A stretch of DNA of 40,348 nt, from the IMG/VR virus record IMGVR_UViG_3300035047_000295, positions 1-40,348 of that record. One strand, written 5' to 3'. The DNA is from a virus. Lineage: Duplodnaviria; Caudoviricetes. Shown one piece after another: positions 33,574-40,348 of the stretch. Each line of letters starts with the position of its first letter. Positions within the stretch are counted from its first letter, which is position 1. The position numbers and the translations under genes were made by a program. Under the pieces are notes generated by a model. That model made no database searches, was not told where the DNA came from, and saw nothing but the letters and a program-made list of their open reading frames with translations.

Positions 33574-34431
33574 ATGACTTCTTATTTTATGAATAAAGGA
33601 GTTTTTAAATCTGCTGAAGAAAACACAGAAACTTATAAACAGTTCGTAGAAAGCTCTTTGTACAAAAAAGTTGATATTCCTTTTATTACAGTCTCTATTC
33701 CGGTCTACAAATCAAAAGGATTATTGAGAATAGCTGTAAAATACATTTTAAGACAGACTTATCCAAAATTTGAACTTCTTGTAGTTTCTGACGCAGATCC
33801 TGATAACTCAATCAATGAGATACGAGATTTAAATGATTCTCGTCTTAAGATCATCGAGCTTGAAGAAAACATCGGAAGATACGCAATTGATCACTTAGTT
33901 GTAAATGATCTTTCAAACGCTGATTATTGGGTTCCAGTCGATTCTGATGATTGGTGTTCAGAAAACTATTTAACGACTCTTGTTCATCGACTTCTTAAAA
34001 AACCCGACTCAGACGTAATTTTTGCTGCGCAGTATGTTCAGATAAACTATAGTAAAAGAGTACAACGAATTAAAGAGTGGAATGGAACTGATGAATTAAT
34101 CTGGCATGCTCACATGTCAGCTCTTTGGAGACGAGAGTTCTTAATCGAGTACAATTTGACAAATCCGAACTTTAGAATAGCTTGGGACTCAATTATAACT
34201 TCAGTCCCGTGGCTAGTAGGAAACGTCGACTATACGCAGTCTGCAATGTATTACAGGGTCAAACGTTCAGATTCTTTGACTTCAGCAAAAGAGACGTGTT
34301 TTGGTTCTGATTGCAGAAATCGTGCAAAAGCTTATTTAATCGAGCTCTGGAAAGAACTTGTGTATAATAAAGATGACAAAGAAAAAATTAAACAAATTTT
34401 AAAAAGGAGTAGAAATGAACAAATTTGGTAG
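33574..34431 (+). CDS. Glycosyltransferase family 2
   Basis: ITVSIPVY, ILRQTYPKFELLVVSD, ENIG and VDSDDW. Confidence 0.9.
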   Translation: MTSYFMNKGVFKSAEENTETYKQFVESSLYKKVDIPFITVSIPVYKSKGLLRIAVKYILRQTYPKFELLVVSDADPDNSINEIRDLNDSRLKIIELEENIGRYAIDHLVVNDLSNADYWVPVDSDDWCSENYLTTLVHRLLKKPDSDVIFAAQYVQINYSKRVQRIKEWNGTDELIWHAHMSALWRREFLIEYNLTNPNFRIAWDSIITSVPWLVGNVDYTQSAMYYRVKRSDSLTSAKETCFGSDCRNRAKAYLIELWKELVYNKDDKEKIKQILKRSRNEQIW

Positions 34432-35626
34432 CATCGACTTCGTAAAATCTCAAGTCGGAACAAAAACACCTTGGGCTATAACTCCAGATGCACTTGCTGA
34501 GATTGACTACAGACTTCACGTTAAACAACCTAAAGTTGTTTTAGAGTGCGGTTCTGGACTTTCTACTGTTGTGCTGGCAAACTACGCAAAAAGCAATCCA
34601 GAAGCTACTGTGATTTCTTTAGAGCACGATTTGAAGTACTTTGAACGAACTTCAAATTTACTCGGAAACTTGAAACAAAATGTAAATCTAGTGCATGCAC
34701 CTCTTGTAGGAACTCCTCCTATTTACGAAGTGGATTTGTATAAATTTCCAAGAATTGACTTCGTTTTGATCGACGGTCCCCCAACAGGCGAAGGAGGGAG
34801 GAGTAGAATTTTTGACTGGTTGTTCACGTATTTAAATGATGAGTACGAAATTTGGCTAGATGACGGAAACAGGAAAGAAGAGCAAGAAGCTGCAATAAAG
34901 TGGAAAAATGAGTATAATCTAAATGTAAATTATACTAAGATTCAAAAAGGACTTATAATTCTTACAAACTATCTTCCTGAGCACTTTGTTCCAAGAATGA
35001 ACGATGTAGTTGTTACAATGCTTTCTGGAGCTCGTCATGAACTTTTAGATCGAACTCTTTCAAGTCTTCCAGATTACATTTTAAATGAAATAATCGGACT
35101 TACAAATGGAGGAGATCAAGAAACAATTGAAGTATACAAAAATTATGGCATCGATCCGATTATTACTCCGTATCTTTTAAAAACTGGTCAATCGACTTCT
35201 TTTTTAGCACATCTCGCATTTGAGTCTAAAAAAGAGTACTGGTTGCAATTACAAGACGACTGGGAATTTGTAAGCGAAGATGAGTTATGGTTAGAACGAT
35301 CAAAAAAAGCTTTAGAAGAAAGTCATCAAGTTCGTTTACGTCATTTTAGCGATCCTGTTCTTACTCGACATATGTATACAAACAAGCCTTTTAATCTTAA
35401 AAGCACTAAATTTGGAAAACTTGGAGAAATGCACTGGACATTTAACCCTACTTTACAAAAATGTAAGCATATACCTAATGTGTATCCTGCTAAGGGAGAG
35501 AGATCTGCTCAAAAGAACGCATACGAATCAGGTAAAAAATTAACTACTCAATTATACCCGGGCTGCTTTTTTCATATCGGCTGGGAAGATTCTCTAGAAG
35601 TTAGAGTCGGAATGCGATCTAAATAA
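34415..35626 (+). CDS. Class I SAM methyltransferase fused to a GT-A-like glycosyltransferase domain
   Basis: VLECGSGLST, SLEHD, LIDGPP and LDD; C-terminal LDRTLSSL, LQLQDDWEF, TFNPTL and HIG. Confidence 0.8.
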   Translation: MNKFGSIDFVKSQVGTKTPWAITPDALAEIDYRLHVKQPKVVLECGSGLSTVVLANYAKSNPEATVISLEHDLKYFERTSNLLGNLKQNVNLVHAPLVGTPPIYEVDLYKFPRIDFVLIDGPPTGEGGRSRIFDWLFTYLNDEYEIWLDDGNRKEEQEAAIKWKNEYNLNVNYTKIQKGLIILTNYLPEHFVPRMNDVVVTMLSGARHELLDRTLSSLPDYILNEIIGLTNGGDQETIEVYKNYGIDPIITPYLLKTGQSTSFLAHLAFESKKEYWLQLQDDWEFVSEDELWLERSKKALEESHQVRLRHFSDPVLTRHMYTNKPFNLKSTKFGKLGEMHWTFNPTLQKCKHIPNVYPAKGERSAQKNAYESGKKLTTQLYPGCFFHIGWEDSLEVRVGMRSK

Positions 35627-35641
35627 CTGGAGGAAGATAAA

Positions 35642-35833
35642 ATGACATCTGTAACAAATTCTGAAGAGTATAAAGAAGAATACAAAAAAGTTCAGTCTTT
35701 AATTCAAGATCTTCTTGGAGTCGTCAAATACTACGGAAAAGAAGACTGGAAGAGCTTGACACTGTTAGATCGCGGTGATTTAGCTAGAAAGATATACAAA
35801 GAAATAACTGGAAAAAAAGTTTGGGAGGATTAA
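35642..35833 (+). CDS. Hypothetical protein
   Basis: GGAGG RBS. Confidence 0.6.
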   Translation: MTSVTNSEEYKEEYKKVQSLIQDLLGVVKYYGKEDWKSLTLLDRGDLARKIYKEITGKKVWED

Positions 35834-35834
35834 A

Positions 35835-36209
35835 ATGACATTAGTAAATACTTCAACTCATCCATCTTATTGCAATTGTCCGTTGTGCATCGAAAACAGA
35901 AAAAAGAAAAAAGTTCCTGTTATAAAAAATTCAAAAGAAAAGAAAGATACGATTAAAAAGAATAATCATGAAGTAGAGCTCTCAGATTACACTTCTGAAA
36001 GTATTTATTCTAAACATCAAAAAAGAATTGAAGATCTCGTCAATGCACACTGGGCTTATCAAGAAAAACTTTTGTCAGCAGGTCAAGATAAAGAGCAAAA
36101 ATTTACCTGGGAACAAGTAATGGAGATGAGAAAGTGGGATTACTGTAGTTCTGCTAAACATTTTTACGGTCATGGTTACGAAGACGCGATGTCTAATATT
36201 TTAAAGTAA
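35835..36209 (+). CDS. Hypothetical protein
   Basis: GGAGG RBS; contains HP..CNC..C and HFYGHG. Confidence 0.6.
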   Translation: MTLVNTSTHPSYCNCPLCIENRKKKKVPVIKNSKEKKDTIKKNNHEVELSDYTSESIYSKHQKRIEDLVNAHWAYQEKLLSAGQDKEQKFTWEQVMEMRKWDYCSSAKHFYGHGYEDAMSNILK

Positions 36210-36219
36210 TTAGACATTG

Positions 36220-36390
36220 TATAAGTTATTGAATTTATTATATAATTTAAGGTTTAGCAAAAAATATTACATTTAAGGATTAAAATTTTATCCTAATATA
36301 ACCATATAAGGATAAGTCTGTATCGGCCGTCTACATATACAGAATGAATCCATATTTAAAATATTTTTATACTCAAACCCTTAAATTTAC
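36220..36390. repeat. ~175 bp palindromic element, copy 3 (inverted)
   Basis: Reverse complement aligns to 6731-6899: TAAGTTATTGA, TAAGGTTTAGCAAAAAATA, TATCCTAATATA..TATAAGGATA and TAAATTTAC. Confidence 0.8.
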
Positions 36391-36422
36391 CCGAATCATT
36401 GTTAAACACAACGGAGCCGCAT

Positions 36423-36902
36423 ATGACAGACAATTTTAAAGTAGAACAACTCAGTTGGGCTGATGTTGAGTCAATAAGATCAATTTTATCTCATGAACAG
36501 CAAGGAATTTGTCCGATTTGCAAGAAAAAGCTCAATAATCCGTGTCTTGATCATCAGCATACAAAAAAAGTAAAAGGGTCGGGACAGATACGCGGAGTTA
36601 TTTGTCGTTCATGCAACGTTCTTTTGGGAAAAATTGAAAATAATTGTGCCAGATACTCAGTCTCTCAACAAGAGCTCCCAAAAGTTTTACATAATATGGC
36701 AAAATATCTTGAAAAAGAGCATCTGCCATACTTGCATCCTTCTGAAGCCCCGAAGCCAAAAAAGCTTAAGAAATCAAGTTACAATAAATTAAAAGCTTTA
36801 AGTACAAAATGTCCTACGTATCCTCGTTCGGGAAAACTGACAAAAGCTCTTGAACGATTATACGCAGAGTACGAAATTGAGCCAGAGTTTTACGCGAATT
36901 AG
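36423..36902 (+). CDS. Recombination endonuclease VII (Holliday junction resolvase-like)
   Basis: QQGICPIC, CLDHQH and IRGVICRSCNVLLGKIEN; GGAG RBS before the ATG at 36423. Confidence 0.88.
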   Translation: MTDNFKVEQLSWADVESIRSILSHEQQGICPICKKKLNNPCLDHQHTKKVKGSGQIRGVICRSCNVLLGKIENNCARYSVSQQELPKVLHNMAKYLEKEHLPYLHPSEAPKPKKLKKSSYNKLKALSTKCPTYPRSGKLTKALERLYAEYEIEPEFYAN

Positions 36903-36954
36903 TACAAGAACTAAGTAAGAGTTCATGCTCTCTTGTTTTTCGAAGAGTCCCGGT

Positions 36955-37080
36955 TCCGTGGACGTTTAGCTGAAAAATCAGTCTCCTCCTTTCGCTGATT
37001 GCACTTGAGTAAGCTAAATTTTTGGTTAACGGACAGCGCAGGGCTTAAGTTTTCTGGGAGGCTTACTTAAGTCCTGCTTT
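36955..37080. ncRNA. Putative structured RNA followed by a terminator-like hairpin
   Basis: Nested stems TCCGT/ACGGA, TTTAGCT/AGCTAAA and AATCAG/CTGATT, then GCAGGGCTTAAGT/ACTTAAGTCCTGC plus TTT. Confidence 0.55.
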
Positions 37081-37149
37081 AACTATTAAAGCAACGAGAA
37101 GCTACTCTATCAATGGTTTTCAATACTTTAATACTTTAAAAAATAATTG

Positions 37150-37178
37150 TTTACAAAATTGTATAATTATGATACAGT
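37150..37178 (+). promoter_or_regulatory. sigma70-type promoter of the packaging operon
   Basis: TTTACA-17 bp-TACAGT with TG extension. Confidence 0.55.
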
Positions 37179-37185
37179 AAATATT

Positions 37186-37506
37186 ATGGAGTCTGTTCTA
37201 GAAATAATTAAAAAGTACAAAGGTCGTCGAGGTTTAATTGCCAAGAAGCTCGGCGTATCTTTAGCACAATTGACTGAAATTTGTGAAGAAGTTCCTGAAA
37301 TGAAAGAAGAAATTGAAGTTCAAACTTCTTTAAAAGAACAGCTTGTTCAAGATCTTTTTGATATTCAGCTCGAGACTTCTCTTGTTCTTAAAGAGCCTTG
37401 GGCTCTTGCTTATATGTCAGCTAAAAATGCAGGACTTTCTACTGAAGACGCGATTCCTGTTCCTGTGTCTATTGAAATTCCTGTTGAAGACGGTCGAGTA
37501 AAATGA
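37186..37506 (+). CDS. terS: Probable terminase small subunit
   Basis: HTH-like IAKKLGVS; ATGA overlap with the large terminase. Confidence 0.65.
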   Translation: MESVLEIIKKYKGRRGLIAKKLGVSLAQLTEICEEVPEMKEEIEVQTSLKEQLVQDLFDIQLETSLVLKEPWALAYMSAKNAGLSTEDAIPVPVSIEIPVEDGRVK

Positions 37507-38762
37507 CATTTAAAGTCACAATTCCGCAGGCAAGATTTTTGAATCTTGAGCATAGATTCAAAGCTTTTGTTGCAGGATACGGTTCTGGCAAAACATTTGT
37601 GGGTTCTGTCGATATTTGTAAAAATTTTCTTCAGAACCCAGGAATGAACCAGGGATACTTTGCTCCTACTTATCCTCAAATTCGTGACATTTTTTACCCG
37701 ACGATCGAAGAAGTTGCGTATCTCATGAATACGACTGTTGAGATTAAAGAAGGAAATAAAGAAGTACATTTTTATACAGGACGTCAATACAGAGGAACTT
37801 GTATCTGTCGTTCAATGGAAAGACCTCAATCTATTATTGGTTTTAAAATATCTCATGCTCTTATTGATGAAATTGATGTTCTAACTGAAGAAAGAGCAAC
37901 AACTGCGTGGCGTAAAATTATCGCTCGTATGAGGTATCTTAATGCTAATAATACAATTGATGTAACTACGACTCCAGAAGGATTTTTGTTCACGTATAAG
38001 ACATTTGTCAAGGCTTTGAATGATGATCCAGCAAAAATGGGACGGTACGCAATAATTCAAGCAAGTACGTATGATAACGAGAAGAACCTACCTGCTGACT
38101 ATATACCAAGTTTAGTGGAAGCGTACCCGAAAGAATTAATTGCAGCGTATTTGAATGGACAGTTCGTAAATATGAAATCTGGGACTGTTTATTATGCTTT
38201 TGATCGTAGAGAGAACAACTCTAAAGAAACTGTCAAAAAGAATGAACCACTTAAGATTGGAATGGACTTTAACGTTCAACATATGGCAGCAACAGTTTAC
38301 GTAATTAGAAAAGATGGATGGCATGCTGTTCATGAGTTTAAAGAAATTTTTGATACTCCTGCAATGATTAAAGAAATTCAACATACATTTAAAAATCATC
38401 AAATTACAATATATCCTGATGCTTCTGGAGATAGTCGTAAATCTCTTGATGCAAGTAAATCTGATATTAAATTATTACGAAATGCAGGATTTTCAATAAA
38501 AACTCATAAAACTAATCCTTATATTAAAGATCGTGTAATGTCAGTAAACAAGCAATTTCAAGATAAAGAACTTTGGGTGAACGTAGACAAATGTCCGACA
38601 GTTGCAAATTGCTTAGAACAACAAAATTATGGATTAGACGGACTTCCGAATAAAACTTCAGGGCATGATCATCAAAACGATGCAACTGGGTATCCAATTG
38701 CTTACGAATTTCCAATTATAAAACCGCAATTTGGTTTAACTTCAATAAGAATGGCAGTTTAA
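37503..38762 (+). CDS. terL: Terminase large subunit
   Basis: AGYGSGKT Walker A, LIDE Walker B, TTTPEG, GMDFN and DHQNDATGY. Confidence 0.96.
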   Translation: MTFKVTIPQARFLNLEHRFKAFVAGYGSGKTFVGSVDICKNFLQNPGMNQGYFAPTYPQIRDIFYPTIEEVAYLMNTTVEIKEGNKEVHFYTGRQYRGTCICRSMERPQSIIGFKISHALIDEIDVLTEERATTAWRKIIARMRYLNANNTIDVTTTPEGFLFTYKTFVKALNDDPAKMGRYAIIQASTYDNEKNLPADYIPSLVEAYPKELIAAYLNGQFVNMKSGTVYYAFDRRENNSKETVKKNEPLKIGMDFNVQHMAATVYVIRKDGWHAVHEFKEIFDTPAMIKEIQHTFKNHQITIYPDASGDSRKSLDASKSDIKLLRNAGFSIKTHKTNPYIKDRVMSVNKQFQDKELWVNVDKCPTVANCLEQQNYGLDGLPNKTSGHDHQNDATGYPIAYEFPIIKPQFGLTSIRMAV

Positions 38763-38775
38763 GAGGAGAAAATTA

Positions 38776-40188
38776 ATGATTGATTTAGATGCAACTCACA
38801 AAGACTACGACGAATTTTCTCCTATTTGGGAAAAAATTGATGATATTTGTGACGGAAACAATTTGAAAAAGTATTTGATTCAATTGAATCCTCTTGATCT
38901 GTCAGATGAAAATGTTTTAAGAAACAAACAATATTATGAAAGAGCTGTATTTTACGCAGTTGCAGGATATACTTGTCGAGGGATGCTTGGTATGCTTTTT
39001 AGAAAAGAACCAGCTCTTAGTATAGAAAAAGGTCTTGAATACGTAAAAGAAAACATTGATGGAAAAGGATTGAGTATTTATCAGCAATCTCAAGATGTAT
39101 GTAAAGATTTGATAAGAAAAGGAAGATGTGGACTTTGGGTTGATTTTCCACAAACTGATGGAAATACTTCACAGTTAGATATCAAAAATCTTAAAGTATT
39201 TTCAACTGTTAAAAAATTTGATGCGACTCAGATCGTAGACTGGTCAATTGAAACATATGGAGCAAAAATTTATCTCTCACGAGTTCTTTTAAGCTACACA
39301 GAGCAAGATGACGACGGAGAAGATATGGAAGTTCGTCTTGAACTTCTTATTGAAGAAAATATTTATATTGTTAAAAAATGGATAAAAACAATAAATAGTT
39401 CAGAATGGACACTTATTGAAGACTATACTCCAAAAGATAGTAAAGGAAATAGTTGGAATGAAATTCCCTTCATTTTTGTAGGAGCTGAATCAAATACGTA
39501 TATTATTGATCAACCTCCTTCTTTAGATATTGTAAGAATAAATATCGGACATTGGAATAATTCAGCGTCTTACGAAGATTCTATATGGTTTGCGGGTCAG
39601 ATACAACCATGGATGAGTGGAATTTCTGAAGAGTACTTGAAAATGATGTCAGATGCAAATATGTACGTAGGTTCAGGACGTTTGCTGGGAGTGCCTTCTG
39701 GAGAGCAGTTTGGCTTCGCGCAAGCAAAACCGAACCAAGCAATGAAAGAAGCAATGATGGACAAGATTAATATGATGATTGGTCTTGGTGCTATGTTTCT
39801 GCAACCTGGCTCCGCAGTAAAAACTGCGTCTCAGTCTGAAGGAGAAAAAGAGATTCGTCATAGTGTGCTTTCATTAATTGCTTCAAATGTAAGTGAAGCC
39901 TATGAAAAATGTCTATGGTGGATGTCTAAGTATATGGGAACATCTGAAGAAAATATTGAATATAAAGTTAATCAAGAATTTGTTAAACCTCAAGCTACTT
40001 CTGCTGATTTGAAAGAAATTGTTGCAAGTTTACTGCAGGGAGTCATCCCATTTTCAGATTATGTTGCTTGGTGTCAAAAATACGGATATATCGATGAGTC
40101 TAAAACACCAGAAGAAGTTGAAGAAGAAGTTGAATGGAAAAGTACGTTGAATGTTCCAAATCTTGAAGAAGATGATGACGAGGATTAA
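38776..40188 (+). CDS. Portal protein (DUF4055-like)
   Basis: Follows TerL; RAVFY, ENIDGKG, GRCGLWVDFP, IPFIFVG and NIGHWNNSASYE. Confidence 0.9.
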   Translation: MIDLDATHKDYDEFSPIWEKIDDICDGNNLKKYLIQLNPLDLSDENVLRNKQYYERAVFYAVAGYTCRGMLGMLFRKEPALSIEKGLEYVKENIDGKGLSIYQQSQDVCKDLIRKGRCGLWVDFPQTDGNTSQLDIKNLKVFSTVKKFDATQIVDWSIETYGAKIYLSRVLLSYTEQDDDGEDMEVRLELLIEENIYIVKKWIKTINSSEWTLIEDYTPKDSKGNSWNEIPFIFVGAESNTYIIDQPPSLDIVRINIGHWNNSASYEDSIWFAGQIQPWMSGISEEYLKMMSDANMYVGSGRLLGVPSGEQFGFAQAKPNQAMKEAMMDKINMMIGLGAMFLQPGSAVKTASQSEGEKEIRHSVLSLIASNVSEAYEKCLWWMSKYMGTSEENIEYKVNQEFVKPQATSADLKEIVASLLQGVIPFSDYVAWCQKYGYIDESKTPEEVEEEVEWKSTLNVPNLEEDDDED

Positions 40189-40190
40189 AA

Positions 40191-40348
40191 ATGCCAAGTA
40201 CTCCAAAAGAACTCATAGATATACATACTAGACATATTTCTCATAATGAAAGATTGAAGTCTAGTAATGTCAAAGAATACGAGAAGTTTTTGCAACAGAT
40301 GTCGAATTCTGTAAAGAAATGGCTTTCTGGAACAAAACCTTTGACGGA
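40191..40348 (+). CDS. Probable minor head (morphogenesis) protein, partial
   Basis: ATG 3 bp after the portal stop; MPSTPKELIDIHTRH... open to the window end. Call based on synteny. Confidence 0.55.
   Translation, partial: MPSTPKELIDIHTRHISHNERLKSSNVKEYEKFLQQMSNSVKKWLSGTKPLT

Overview
A 40 kb fragment of a tailed dsDNA phage genome (Caudoviricetes; no integrase, capsid or tail genes in the window). It has two divergent arms separated by a repeat-rich non-coding region at about 24.8-26.7 kb. The leftward (-) arm carries many small accessory genes and a replication/recombination block (radical SAM, Sak4-like AAA, DUF669 SSB, DnaQ exonuclease, Cas4-like nuclease, SF2 helicase, family A polymerase). 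That block runs into a nucleotide-metabolism cluster (NDT-family, HD hydrolase, DUF6378, a divergent ThyX paralogue, dUTPase/MazG-like), then ATP-dependent ligase and a canonical ThyX. The rightward (+) arm carries two HNH genes, a primase-ATPase with two paralogues of its C-terminal domain, glycosyltransferase/methyltransferase genes, endonuclease VII, terminase subunits and portal. Most notable: (1) an integron-cassette-like array at 2.06-3.47 kb whose attC-like sites use an AAT/ATT core instead of AAC/GTT; (2) a candidate new base-substitution pathway built round the Ser-to-Cys ThyX paralogue; (3) two hammerhead ribozymes and two tRNA-like elements punctuating the leftward transcript; (4) a ~175 bp palindromic element in three copies, two of which bracket the ligase gene; (5) mirror-image control regions around the primase module. 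All protein calls come from motif recognition by eye; no searches were run.
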